A stretch of DNA of 64,000 nucleotides from assembly GCA_017610005.1 (NCBI GenBank), contig JAFCCU010000001.1, forward strand, positions 80,371 to 144,370, given 5' to 3'. The translations under genes were made by a program, and so were the position numbers. This document shows positions 49,575 through 59,787 of the stretch, in pieces (the first letter of the stretch is position 1; every line of letters begins with the position of its first letter). The notes under the pieces were generated by a model. That model made no database searches, was not told the DNA's origin, and saw only the letters and a list, made by a program, of their open reading frames with translations. The stretch is from Candidatus Woesearchaeota archaeon (GTDB taxonomy: Archaea; Nanobdellota; Nanobdellia; Woesearchaeales; B29-G15).

Positions 49575-50351
49575 ATGAAAATTTTAGTCACAAATGATGA
49601 TGGTTACAAATCAACTGGCATAAGAGCAGCGTTAGCTGCGGTAAAACCTTTTGCTTCAGAAATATATTTGTTCGCACCGTATGAACAACAAAGCGGTGTT
49701 GGAGGAAAAGTAACATTTTCTGAGGAGATTAAATTTACAGAATATGAATTAGATGGCATTAAAGGCTACGCAGTACATGGTACTCCTGCTGATGTTATTC
49801 GAATGGCTTTAATTGTTAAAGGATTAAAACCTGATTTAATTGTTTCTGGAATAAATTTTGGAGAACAAATTGGAAGTGTTGCAGTGCATATGTCTGGTAC
49901 AATGGCCGCGTTAGTTTATGGGGCTGCCTTTGGTATTCCAGGGATTGGATTATCTATGGTACCTCAAGATGAAGCCCATAAGTTTCATAACCACAATGAA
50001 TCAGAACTTCATTCAATGGAAGATTACCCTGGAAAAATTGCAACAAAAATTGTGGGATACGCAATAAAAAATGGTTTGTCTGGTGCCGAATTTTGGAATG
50101 TTAACTTTCCTAAAGAACCCTCTGAAGAAGTGATTGTTGTTCCTATGGAAAGAAGCTGGCATTGGCAAAATGAAGAAATAACTCTAAAAGAAGATTCTTT
50201 TATTGAGTGGGGAAAAATGCTGCCCCCAAAAGAACCAAAAGGAAATGATTTAGAACATATCTGTGATAAAATAACAATCACTCCCTGTAAGGCCGATTTT
50301 ACAGATTTTGAAGCAATAAAAAGATTGAAAGAGGGTATTAAGAGAATCTAA
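49575..50351 (+). CDS. surE: 5'/3'-nucleotidase SurE
   Basis: 'ILVTNDDG', 'GTPAD', 'VSGINFG', 'SGT'. Confidence 0.95.
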   Translation: MKILVTNDDGYKSTGIRAALAAVKPFASEIYLFAPYEQQSGVGGKVTFSEEIKFTEYELDGIKGYAVHGTPADVIRMALIVKGLKPDLIVSGINFGEQIGSVAVHMSGTMAALVYGAAFGIPGIGLSMVPQDEAHKFHNHNESELHSMEDYPGKIATKIVGYAIKNGLSGAEFWNVNFPKEPSEEVIVVPMERSWHWQNEEITLKEDSFIEWGKMLPPKEPKGNDLEHICDKITITPCKADFTDFEAIKRLKEGIKRI

Positions 50352-50485
50352 CATATTTCTTTTCTCTAAACTCATAAAGCATCGCCGGCCGGTGCACTCT
50401 TTCTATTTCGCCTGTTTCTTTTAAGAAATCCTGTTACAAAGCAAAAATAATAAAAGTAAGAGACGTTTTCTAAATTTCGTTAAAA

Positions 50486-51850
50486 ATGATAACTAGAGCT
50501 GAAATAGACCCTAAAACTGTAGTTAAGGAAATTGGGCAGTTTATTGTAGAAACTGTTATTTCTTCTGGATTAAAAGGAGCAGTTATTGGACTTTCTGGCG
50601 GTGTTGATTCTGCAGTTGTTTCAGCTATAACAAAACGAGCTTTTGATGAACATGGAGGTTTAACTTTAAGAGGTTACTCTATGCCTACATCTACCAATGC
50701 AGAATCAGATAAGGATGATGCAAAAGAATTAGCTGAATTTTTAGATATTCCCTATGAAAATATTCCAATCCAGGAGATTATGGAGGCATTTGTAAAAAGC
50801 AATGAGACTTTTAAAAATTCATTTCATGGGGGGAATGCAGCAGCTGCTGTAAGATTGACGCAACTCAGTGGTGAAGCAGGGGAACACAGAGGGATTGTAC
50901 TTGGAACAGGCAACCGAGATGAATATTTTTTAGGTTACTTTACAAAACGAGGAGATGGTGCAGCAGACATCCAACCAATACTGCAATTAACAAAAAGAAT
51001 GGTTTATCAGGTTGGAAAGTATCTAAACTTGCCAGAATCAATCTTGACAAGGGCTCCAACAGCAGGACTTGAACCCGGGCAGACTGATGAAGCTGATTTA
51101 GGTTTTAGCTATGATGAAGCAGAATTAATCATAAACGGTTTTTTAAACGGTTATAATCCTAATGAGATCAATAAAATTACAGGAATTGCACTTGAAAAGA
51201 TAGAAAAGGCAAAGAGATTGCATGAAACAACTGCTCACAAGAGAGCCGCTGCACCTTTTCCCCAAGTCACAATGGATTATGGAAATGGTAAGGCGCATTT
51301 GACTGAAGCTGATTCAGCCTTGGTTATTGGTAGATTCCAAATGGTTGCGAGAGGCCATGAAGATATGTTTTGGCAAATAACAGAGCATCCTGGTATAAAG
51401 AAGATTTATGTTGGAATTGGGTCAAGGGGGAATACTGAAGATCCCCAGCATCGCTATCTATTCTCATTTGAAGAAGTTAGAGAATTAATGGTCCCCTTAC
51501 TTGAGCAAATTAAAGCAGAAAAAGGGATTGATTATCAAATTGAAGATGTACCTGATATTAATAATAATTTAGAATATTCAAGTCATGTTGAAGGTATTTT
51601 CCCAGATATAACTGGGAAAACTGCAATTGTAACTGGGGATCCAGCAACTGTGCTTTGTTTTGATGCAAAATACCCAATTTTTAAACCAGAATTCCGAGTA
51701 AGTATTCATTCATCCACTATTCGGGATTTAATTCGGGACAACAAGCCGTACGCTCATCTAGTACATGACATTGGAGCAATGAATAGGATCAACTATGAAG
51801 GTCGTTTACGCCAGTACTGGACGGAGCATGGTAATGTGCGACTCGGTTGA
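50486..51850 (+). CDS. nadE: NH3-dependent NAD+ synthetase fused to an NMN adenylyltransferase-like domain
   Basis: 'GLSGGVDS', 'GYFTKRGDG', 'PTAGL..GQTDE', 'HKR'; C-terminal 'IGRFQMVARGH...GIGS...FSFEEV...HSSTIR'. Confidence 0.9.
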   Translation: MITRAEIDPKTVVKEIGQFIVETVISSGLKGAVIGLSGGVDSAVVSAITKRAFDEHGGLTLRGYSMPTSTNAESDKDDAKELAEFLDIPYENIPIQEIMEAFVKSNETFKNSFHGGNAAAAVRLTQLSGEAGEHRGIVLGTGNRDEYFLGYFTKRGDGAADIQPILQLTKRMVYQVGKYLNLPESILTRAPTAGLEPGQTDEADLGFSYDEAELIINGFLNGYNPNEINKITGIALEKIEKAKRLHETTAHKRAAAPFPQVTMDYGNGKAHLTEADSALVIGRFQMVARGHEDMFWQITEHPGIKKIYVGIGSRGNTEDPQHRYLFSFEEVRELMVPLLEQIKAEKGIDYQIEDVPDINNNLEYSSHVEGIFPDITGKTAIVTGDPATVLCFDAKYPIFKPEFRVSIHSSTIRDLIRDNKPYAHLVHDIGAMNRINYEGRLRQYWTEHGNVRLG

Positions 51851-51990
51851 TATTCTATCTCAATTAACAAAATATATTTTGGATAATGATTATATCTTAA
51901 GGTGATTTTACTAGAAATGGTACTTATACATAATAAACACTAGGAACACTTATAAATAAAGCTTAATCATGCTTGAAAAGGTGAATCATT

Positions 51991-52482
51991 ATGGCTGAGG
52001 ATTTAGATAAACTTGTAGGAATAGACAAAGAAAAGAAAAAAAGCAAAAAAAAAGGCCCTGTTAAAAAAGATGATATGATCAGTGTAGAATATGAAGGAAA
52101 GTTTACAGACGGTAAGGTTTTTGATTCTTCAGAAAAAGCAGGCAAACTATTAGAATTCCAAGTGGGTGCAGGCATGGTCATTAAAGGCTTTGATGCAGCA
52201 TTAATTGGTATGAAACCTGGTGAAGAAAAAGATGTTACAATTAAACCTGAGGATGGTTATGGGGTTATTAATCCTGAGATGGTAAGAGATGTACCAAAGC
52301 CAAGTATGCCTGAAGAACAAGAATTAAAAAAGGGTATGACCTTAATGCTTGGCTTACCAAATGGCCAAAAGTTTCCTGCAAAAGTAATGGATGTTGGGAA
52401 AGACACAATCAAACTTGATTTAAACCATCCTTTAGCTGGGAAAACTTTGAAGTTTCATATAAAACTTGTTGAAATTATTTAA
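51991..52482 (+). CDS. slyD: FKBP-type peptidyl-prolyl isomerase (SlyD-like)
   Basis: 'VFDSS', 'IKGFD', 'PEDGYG', 'DLNHPLAGKTL'. Confidence 0.92.
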   Translation: MAEDLDKLVGIDKEKKKSKKKGPVKKDDMISVEYEGKFTDGKVFDSSEKAGKLLEFQVGAGMVIKGFDAALIGMKPGEEKDVTIKPEDGYGVINPEMVRDVPKPSMPEEQELKKGMTLMLGLPNGQKFPAKVMDVGKDTIKLDLNHPLAGKTLKFHIKLVEII

Positions 52483-52487
52483 CTTTT

Positions 52488-52871
52488 TTATTTGAACTCC
52501 CTAACTATTTTTATTTCTCCAGATTTATTAAATATTCCTAACCCTATAGTATCATTTCCAGAAATAACCTTTTTGCCCGCACAAAGTTTCTCAATATTTA
52601 ACATCCCTGCGTCACATGCAAGCACAACTACTTGCTCACCCCTAGGCATTTGCATTCTTTCCTTTAAATCCCTAGAACACACAGGTACAATACTTTTATC
52701 ATCAAGCACGCTAAATCCTTCTTCTTCTAGCGCAGTTTTAATTTCAATTGCTCCTCTTAGCCCCCCGGTTTTACAAATAGAAGCGCACACAGAACAACTT
52801 ACAATAGAAATTGGCTTTTTTTCTAACTCTTCTTTAATTTCTGCGAGGGGCCTCTTTTTTGTGACTATCAT
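52488..52871 (-). CDS. Cys-containing protein resembling the N-terminal domain of MetV (MTHFR small subunit)
   Basis: 'MIVTKKRPLAEI', 'CSVCASICKTGG', 'VLACDAG', 'GNDT'. Confidence 0.65.
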   Translation of the reverse strand: MIVTKKRPLAEIKEELEKKPISIVSCSVCASICKTGGLRGAIEIKTALEEEGFSVLDDKSIVPVCSRDLKERMQMPRGEQVVVLACDAGMLNIEKLCAGKKVISGNDTIGLGIFNKSGEIKIVREFK

Positions 52872-52907
52872 GTTAGTTTTGATAATGGGTTGTATTTAAA
52901 ATTTTCT

Positions 52908-55346
52908 TTAAAAGAACTTACTCAAAGCGCTTTGATCTTTCTTTGCCAATATCTCATCAGGTTTTATCCCAAGTTCTAAGAAAATCGAATCAACAGCAGG
53001 GATTATCTGTTTGTTTACATAATAATCAGTATCATAATCAGGTTTTTCTACCATATCAGCTTCAATTGCCCTTTCTCCCACTTTTCCAGAACCAGTTTGA
53101 ACTATCCAGTGGATAATGTCTCCTACTTGAACAGTTTGCCCTCCTGCAATCATCTTTTTTGCAACAGCTACATGAGGAGAAATTGAATTATACTCTTTAA
53201 TTGATTTTGTTAGCTGGGTTTTAATAATCATTTTTTTCTTTTCTATTTCATTTTTCCTTACTTTTGCTACAAGATCAATAATGTACTTTTGTGCTTTTTT
53301 AACATCATTATCCTTTAGTATTATCTCTAAAACATGTTTTTGAGCTTCGCGTGCTAGTAAACTCCAGTTTCTCCGCACATACTCAAAACCAGTAATCTTC
53401 ATCTTGCCTTCTTTAGAAATCATAGCATATTTCTTCTTTGCACCAGTTGTAGAGGTTTTTGTGCTGACAAATAAAGCACTTGGAAAGGTCCCTTCAAACT
53501 GCAATTCCATAATATCTGGAAGGGTATCGTTAATATTTATTGCAAAATCCTTTGCTTCATCTAATGTTTTCCCATTTAAATCAAGAAAAATACTATCTGT
53601 ATCTCCGTAAATTACCTTAAATCCAGCTTTCTCTGCGCTTTTAATAACCTCTGTCAAATAATGCCTGCCATAGGCCGTAATACTAAGTGCAGCGTCAAAC
53701 GCATACCATCTTGAGCCAAAGTACCCCATATAGCCCCACATTGCGTTAGCAAGGGTTTTTAGAGCGTGAGAGCGAGCTTCCATTACAGCACTTGTCTCCT
53801 GCTGTTTAATTATTTCTTTTAAGCGTACTCTCCGAGTAATAAGTTCTTTAATTACTCCTGGAATAAATCCCACTTTTTTTGTACAAAACCAAATATCATC
53901 TCGTCCTGGTACTTTTTCTGCAGTATCTTTACAGCATTTACATTGTAATGTTTCAGGCGAAATATTGTGGGCGGAGATTATGCTAGGATATAGAGAACGG
54001 TAATCAAAGACAGCGACATTTTTGTAAAGACCAGGTGTTGGTTCATATACATAAGCACCTTGAAAAGAGCTTCTGCGCCTTTCAGCAATTGATTTATGGC
54101 CTGGTAAATTTGGAATTATAATATTATCATTGTATGCTTTTGTTATTAAATATCCTTCAACAAGTTTTGAAAATCTTGACCTTGACATATCAAAAGGCAT
54201 TAATCTTGTTAATTTCACAAACTCCACAATATCTGGTAATATTTTTTGACAAAGTTTGTAGGTTACTTCAGTATCACGAAGATTATATTCTGCAAATTTT
54301 CCTAGTTCTTTGTCCCCACTTCCCCAGATTTTACCTAAGCGTGAAATATCTACTTCAATTTTCCCTATACCTAAGATTTCTTTTGCAACACTGTCAAGAT
54401 CATATGAAGTAGTGCTTAGCCCTTGAGCCCATATATATCTAATAAATTTAAAGACATCAACATGAATTAATCCTTCAATGTATGCCTTTTTAACTTTAGT
54501 CCCAGTAAGTCGCACAGCTGAATTATTAAGGCCTGGTTTAAATTCTACACCTAAATGATCCGCACGTTTTTTTATATAAGGCCAGTCAAAGCCATCAGAA
54601 TAATATCCACAGATTATATCTGGGTCGTCTTTTCTAATAATCTCTGCAAATCTTTTATACATGTCTTCTTCAGTTGGTAAAAATTCAACAAAATCTCCTT
54701 TTACTGGAAATTTATTCCAGGTTAAAACCCGCTTAATGCCCTGTGAATAAACTGCAATCATCAAAATTGGATATTTTTTAGGATCAATATCCTTTGAAGG
54801 AGTTTCAATGTCAATTGCCATTATAGATAAGTTTGAGTAGGTTTCATCAGATGCAAGCTCAATCTTATCTGCTTTGAAGATTTTTGCACGGTTTTTGCCA
54901 GGGATAAATTCTCCACTAGCTGTGTGTTTTTCTAGTGGAATAATATTATTATCAACTAAAAACCTTTGAATAAAATGTATATCTTTTTCATATACATGTT
55001 CAATTAACTCATTTTCTTTTATTTCATAAGCTAATTTAGGAATATCTTTAGGAATGGGGGTTTCACATTTGAAACATGTGACTTCTACTGTGCCAAGTAT
55101 CTTTTTTATCTTTTCAACCTTTCCAATACCAGTTTTACGCTCTTCAAGCTGAAGCGTTAAATTCTTTAGATATTTTTCAACTACATCTTCCTGCCCTTTT
55201 TTAGGAATGACGAGAAAATAAGGAATAAAACTACTGTAACGAACACACACTCTCTCATCTTTAGATTTCCCATAGATATAGATCACAGCGGAATCACCTT
55301 CGAGCTTTTGCACTGCATCTAGAGGATAAAAGTCAATACTTACCAT
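52908..55346 (-). CDS. polB: family B DNA polymerase
   Basis: ExoI 'IDIET', 'FDYRSLYPS', 'KTLANAMWGY', 'YGDTDS', C-terminal PIP box 'QSALSKFF'. Confidence 0.97.
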   Translation of the reverse strand: MVSIDFYPLDAVQKLEGDSAVIYIYGKSKDERVCVRYSSFIPYFLVIPKKGQEDVVEKYLKNLTLQLEERKTGIGKVEKIKKILGTVEVTCFKCETPIPKDIPKLAYEIKENELIEHVYEKDIHFIQRFLVDNNIIPLEKHTASGEFIPGKNRAKIFKADKIELASDETYSNLSIMAIDIETPSKDIDPKKYPILMIAVYSQGIKRVLTWNKFPVKGDFVEFLPTEEDMYKRFAEIIRKDDPDIICGYYSDGFDWPYIKKRADHLGVEFKPGLNNSAVRLTGTKVKKAYIEGLIHVDVFKFIRYIWAQGLSTTSYDLDSVAKEILGIGKIEVDISRLGKIWGSGDKELGKFAEYNLRDTEVTYKLCQKILPDIVEFVKLTRLMPFDMSRSRFSKLVEGYLITKAYNDNIIIPNLPGHKSIAERRRSSFQGAYVYEPTPGLYKNVAVFDYRSLYPSIISAHNISPETLQCKCCKDTAEKVPGRDDIWFCTKKVGFIPGVIKELITRRVRLKEIIKQQETSAVMEARSHALKTLANAMWGYMGYFGSRWYAFDAALSITAYGRHYLTEVIKSAEKAGFKVIYGDTDSIFLDLNGKTLDEAKDFAININDTLPDIMELQFEGTFPSALFVSTKTSTTGAKKKYAMISKEGKMKITGFEYVRRNWSLLAREAQKHVLEIILKDNDVKKAQKYIIDLVAKVRKNEIEKKKMIIKTQLTKSIKEYNSISPHVAVAKKMIAGGQTVQVGDIIHWIVQTGSGKVGERAIEADMVEKPDYDTDYYVNKQIIPAVDSIFLELGIKPDEILAKKDQSALSKFF

Positions 55347-55378
55347 AGTGAACAAAAGGGCGAAGATTGCTTATATAT

Positions 55379-55846
55379 TTATCCCTTAAAGCGCACAGCG
55401 TGAGGCAAAACTTTCAGAAGATCAATTGATCTCATCTTTATTGTCATTGTATGACTTCCTGGGTTAAAGTATAAAAACTCATTTTCAAAAAGTATATCAT
55501 TCACATATGTCTTAATCTCACTTTTATATCCAAAAGGTGCAACGCATCCAATCTCAACACTCGTTATTCTCTTAACTTCATCGGGTGAAGCTAATTTTAA
55601 TGATTTAACGCCTTCAAGCTTAGAAATCTTCTTAGAATCTACCCTTTCAGTTCCTGGTCCAAGCACAAGCAAAAATCCTCTTTTATTAGTTTTAAAAAGC
55701 ATAGCTTTTATTCCTTCTTTCTCACTTTTTAACCCTCGGATATTAGCAGCTTCTTTGCATGTATAAACTGCGTCATGTGAGAATTTAGAGAATTCAAGCT
55801 GGTTTTCTTTAAGAACTTTAATAATTCTATTAGTTAAATCACCCAT
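55379..55846 (-). CDS. YbaK/ProX aminoacyl-tRNA deacylase
   Basis: 'IKAMLFK', 'LASPDEV', 'GCVAPFG', 'FNPG'. Confidence 0.9.
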   Translation of the reverse strand: MGDLTNRIIKVLKENQLEFSKFSHDAVYTCKEAANIRGLKSEKEGIKAMLFKTNKRGFLLVLGPGTERVDSKKISKLEGVKSLKLASPDEVKRITSVEIGCVAPFGYKSEIKTYVNDILFENEFLYFNPGSHTMTIKMRSIDLLKVLPHAVRFKG

Positions 55847-55944
55847 AAAACTTATTTCGTGATTACCCTATAAATATCTTTCTTGAAAATCTCACTGGAC
55901 ATTTGCGCAGAGAGTTTTTAAAGTTAGAAAACATAATCAATTTT

Positions 55945-56773
55945 ATGGAGGAAAAAAATAAACTTGTGGTTTTTCAAGATATGGAAATAAGGAGAGTTTG
56001 GTTTAAGGAAGAATGGTATTTTTCTGTTGTTGATATTATTTCGGCACTTACAGATAGCCCCACTCCGAGACAGTATTGGGGAAGGTTAAAGATAGAGAGT
56101 TTAAAAGCCTTGAGTTGTCCCCAATTTGGGTACAACTGAAACTGGCAGCTTCTGACGGAAAATTTTATCTGACAGATTGTGCTAACACAAAATCTCTGTT
56201 TAGGATAATCCAATCAGTCCCTTCCAAAAAAGCAGAGCCTTTCAAACAGTGGCTCGCGCAAGTAGGATATGATAGAATAGAAGAAATTGAAAATCCAGAA
56301 CTTGCTCAGGATAGCGTAAAGAGATATTACGAACTAAAAGGTTATCCAAAAGGCTGGATCGATAAGAGATTGAGAGGAATAGTAATCAGACAAGATCTAA
56401 CTGGCGAATGGAAAAACAGAGAAATTGAAGCCAAAAATGAATTTGCAATTCTAATAAATGAGATATCTAAGGCAACTTTTGGAAAAACAGTAGGTGAATA
56501 TAAAGAATTTAAACAATTAAAAAAGAAAAATCAAAACTTAAGAGATAACATGAGTGATTTTGAGTTAATTTTTACAATGCTGGGTGAAAAAACACCACAG
56601 AAATAACAAAAGATCGTGATTCTCAAGGTTTTGTTGAATGTAAGGATTCAGCCAAAAATGGTGGAGATGCTACAGGAGATGCAAGAAAAGTAGTTGAAAA
56701 TAAATTAGGAAAATCGACAATTTTTAATGAGAATTTTCTGCCTCAACAAAAGAAACGAAAAATGCTAAAGTAA
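55945..56773 (+). pseudogene. Bro-N / antirepressor-like protein with two 1-nt frameshifts
   Basis: 'IRRVW...WYFSVVDII', 'FRIIQSVPSKKAEPFKQWLA', 'LRDNM'; adding one A near 56082 and one near 56594 restores YWGKVKD and GEKTTTEITK through to the stop at 56773. Confidence 0.85.
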
Positions 56774-56875
56774 CTTCAGAACAGTCTAAAGTAAAAAGCT
56801 CAAACCCCAAACCTCTCCGCTTTTGAGTCACAAGTTTTAAAAACACCATACTATTTTCCCATATCGTGATTTAAA

Positions 56876-57946
56876 ATGTTATTAAGAAAGAAAACCAAAA
56901 AAAAGGAGGAGCCTAAAGCTTCAAAAAAGGCTGTAGCAAAGAAAGCTGCACCTAAAAAGGCCGTAAAAAAGGTTGCAAAGATAACTGCAACTAAAAATGC
57001 TGCACCTAAGAAAGTTACTGCAAAGAAAGCTGCACCTAAGGCCAAGAAAGTTGTGGATTCTCCCCTAGATTTTGAAAACGAAGTATCTGCTGCAGATCAG
57101 TTCACTGACTCTTTTGCAGAGATAAGAAAAATAGATGAGAGTAAAAAACCACAAGAAAGGCGAACTTTTACTCCCAGACAAGATTATAGAAGAAATGACA
57201 GAAGACCAACTAGCAGACCTGATTCTAGAAGTCCAGATAGCAGAAGACCAGCTTCCAGATCAGATAACAGAAATCCTGCTAATTTTAGGCCACCCAGAGC
57301 AGTAAATGTTAGACCTATTCTTGCGCATGCCCCTTCTCCACCTAAACCTACAGGAGATACAAGGCGATTGCAAGTTACAAGGAAAGAAACTACTGCTGCT
57401 AATGAAGGAAGAAGTGCTTTTGGATCCAGTAGAATTCCAAAAGCTAATAAGAAGCTACTTTCTCTTCCTGGACAAAGAGTTGGAGTTTTTGTTGACGTAC
57501 AAAATATGTATTATTCAGCAAAACACTTGTTTAATTCCAAGGTTAACTTCAAACAAGTATTAGAAGATGCTGTTAATGGCAGACAATTAATCAGAGCAAT
57601 TGCTTATGGAATTAAAGCAGATATTAAAGAGGAAGAAAACTTCTTTGAAGCTCTAGAAAAAATTGGATTTGAAGTTAAAACAAAGGATCTTCAGATATTT
57701 GTTGATGGTTCCAAGAAAGGCGATTGGGATGTTGGAATTGCAATGGATGCTATGAGGCTAGGACCAAAATTAGATGTAGTGGTACTTGTTTCAGGTGATG
57801 GAGATTTTAGAGATCTTGTTGAGTATCTAAAAAGCTCAGGATGCAGAGTTGAAGCATTAGCTTTTAAGAAAACTGCTTCAGCAAGATTGACCTCAGTTGT
57901 CGACCATTTCACTGATCTTGTAGGTAATAAATACTTGATCAAATAA
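56876..57946 (+). CDS. NYN-domain (LabA/DUF88) protein with long basic disordered N-terminus
   Basis: 'FVDVQN', 'KGDWDVGIAMD', 'VSGDGDF'; N-terminal KKAAPKK repeats and an Arg/Pro/Ser-rich region. Confidence 0.9.
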   Translation: MLLRKKTKKKEEPKASKKAVAKKAAPKKAVKKVAKITATKNAAPKKVTAKKAAPKAKKVVDSPLDFENEVSAADQFTDSFAEIRKIDESKKPQERRTFTPRQDYRRNDRRPTSRPDSRSPDSRRPASRSDNRNPANFRPPRAVNVRPILAHAPSPPKPTGDTRRLQVTRKETTAANEGRSAFGSSRIPKANKKLLSLPGQRVGVFVDVQNMYYSAKHLFNSKVNFKQVLEDAVNGRQLIRAIAYGIKADIKEEENFFEALEKIGFEVKTKDLQIFVDGSKKGDWDVGIAMDAMRLGPKLDVVVLVSGDGDFRDLVEYLKSSGCRVEALAFKKTASARLTSVVDHFTDLVGNKYLIK

Positions 57947-57979
57947 AAATCCCCACAGCAACAAGCTGAGGGAATTTTT
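57946..57979 (+). terminator. hairpin followed by a T-run
   Basis: AAAATCCCCACAGC-AACAA-GCTGAGGGAATTTTT directly after the stop codon. Confidence 0.4.
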
Positions 57980-57980
57980 A

Positions 57981-58901
57981 ATGTTCAAGATCCCAGGAGG
58001 GTATCTTAAACAAATGAATGAACTGTTAAAAGTATTAGAAGACATGAAGAAAAGCGAACCTGAAAGGGGAGCTAAGCAGAGTACCCTTGATAAAACTGAT
58101 TTTTCAAGGGTACAAAGCCCTTCTTCAACTAATACTTACTTCGAATGTCCTCGAAGATATTTCTATAAGTACATTAAAGACATACCAACTTTACCCAGCA
58201 TTTATCTAATTAGGGGAAAAATGGTGCATGCAGTCTTAGAAGATTTCTTTGAACTTGATCCAAGCAAATTATCTCCAGAAGGATTTGTTATGGAGATGAA
58301 AATGATCATGATGAAGGATTTTCAAGAGAAATGGTTAAAAGATAGACAAAATATAATAGATTTAGGAATGGGTAAAGATGAACGCTTAGGCTTTTTTCAA
58401 AGTTCTAAAGTGATGATATTAAAATTTGCAGAAGTATTTGCAGATAAAGTAAAACATCTTCTGCCTAAGATGCAGTTTGTTGAAGCTTTTAATGCAGCAA
58501 AACCTAAAACTGAACTTTATTTTAAGAGTGAAGAATACAAAGTGCAAGGATATGTAGACGCAATATTTGATTCTGATAAAGTTAAAATTATTGACTATAA
58601 AACAAGTTCAAGGGATATAATGCGTGAAGGCTATAAAAGACAATTGGCAATATACGCCCTAATGTATGAAGAGAAATATGGGAAATTACCTGATGAAGTG
58701 GGCATTCATTTTCTATTATTTGGAGAAACCATACTTCCTGCAACAATGGAAATGGTGGAAGATGCTAAAAAAGACTTAGCTTATGTTCATTCAAAGACAA
58801 AAACTGGCAGTATGGATGATTATCCTAAGGGAGTAAGACCTTTGTGTAAATGGAGCCGAGGCCAGTGTGATTATTATGATATTTGTGGTGGGACAGATTA
58901 A
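57981..58901 (+). CDS. PD-(D/E)XK nuclease (RecB/AddB/Cas4-like, four-Cys staple)
   Basis: 'SPSS...ECPRRY', 'GKMVH', 'GYVDAI...IIDYKT', 'QLAIY', 'CKW...CDYYDIC'; start may be 58014. Confidence 0.9.
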   Translation: MFKIPGGYLKQMNELLKVLEDMKKSEPERGAKQSTLDKTDFSRVQSPSSTNTYFECPRRYFYKYIKDIPTLPSIYLIRGKMVHAVLEDFFELDPSKLSPEGFVMEMKMIMMKDFQEKWLKDRQNIIDLGMGKDERLGFFQSSKVMILKFAEVFADKVKHLLPKMQFVEAFNAAKPKTELYFKSEEYKVQGYVDAIFDSDKVKIIDYKTSSRDIMREGYKRQLAIYALMYEEKYGKLPDEVGIHFLLFGETILPATMEMVEDAKKDLAYVHSKTKTGSMDDYPKGVRPLCKWSRGQCDYYDICGGTD

Positions 58902-59698
58902 TTCTTCTTAACATGCACATCCATCTGATTAAATGGAATGTTAATACTTGACTTGGCTAGCTTTTCTTTAATTATTTTAATTAGATCAAACCTTGTATGC
59001 CAATAATCTGATTTCTTGGTCCATCCTCTTACAGAAATTACCATCGCTGAATCACTCATTTTATACACAATTGCTTTATATTCGGGTTCATCTAAGACTC
59101 TTTTATCTTTTTTTAGAATCTCTAAAATGATTTTAATGGCCTTATCAAGCGAAGCTTTATAAGGGATATTTACTTCAAATTTAATCATTCGAGTGGAATA
59201 AGCTGTAAAATTTACTATCGCATTTCCCCAGACAGAAGAATTGGGAACAACTATCTTTTCGTTTGTAAAAGTTTTAATTTCTAGAGCTGAAATTCCAATA
59301 TCTCTAACAGTTCCTTTAATTTCTTTTCCTACTTGAATGTAATCTCCTACATGAAATGGTTTGTACACCATTATCATTATTCCAGAGGCAAAATTAGAAA
59401 ATACATCTTTTAACGCTAAACCAATAATCGCACCTGCAATACCCAAAGATGCTAGAAATGGGGCTAAGTTAATTTCAAATACACTTAGAATAACAACAGC
59501 AACAACAAACCATTCAACAATTTTAAGGATCCTGAAAACAAAATTAGCTGTTCCGGTATCAAATTTTCTCCAATCTCTTACTTTTTCAAGCACAAAATTA
59601 TTTAGAATAACTATGAATATGTACCCACCTGCAAATACTAAAAAAGCTTTTAAGATCTTGATAAACAGATCCATATTCTGCTCAATAAATTGCATCAT
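58898..59698 (-). CDS. MscS-family mechanosensitive channel
   Basis: 'GLALKDVFSNFASG', 'KPFHVGDYI', 'VPNS', 'IPFNQ'. Confidence 0.92.
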   Translation of the reverse strand: MMQFIEQNMDLFIKILKAFLVFAGGYIFIVILNNFVLEKVRDWRKFDTGTANFVFRILKIVEWFVVAVVILSVFEINLAPFLASLGIAGAIIGLALKDVFSNFASGIMIMVYKPFHVGDYIQVGKEIKGTVRDIGISALEIKTFTNEKIVVPNSSVWGNAIVNFTAYSTRMIKFEVNIPYKASLDKAIKIILEILKKDKRVLDEPEYKAIVYKMSDSAMVISVRGWTKKSDYWHTRFDLIKIIKEKLAKSSINIPFNQMDVHVKKN

Positions 59699-59787
59699 TC
59701 ACCTCTTAAGACCGAAGATGAGTTATTTAGTATATAAAACTTTTCACCCTTAGCTTTATAAGTGATTATTTAACAGTAACTAATTCA

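Noticed and set aside
50351-50485. Riboswitch upstream of nadE
   Set aside because: Only one short GC hairpin; no aptamer consensus that I can recognise
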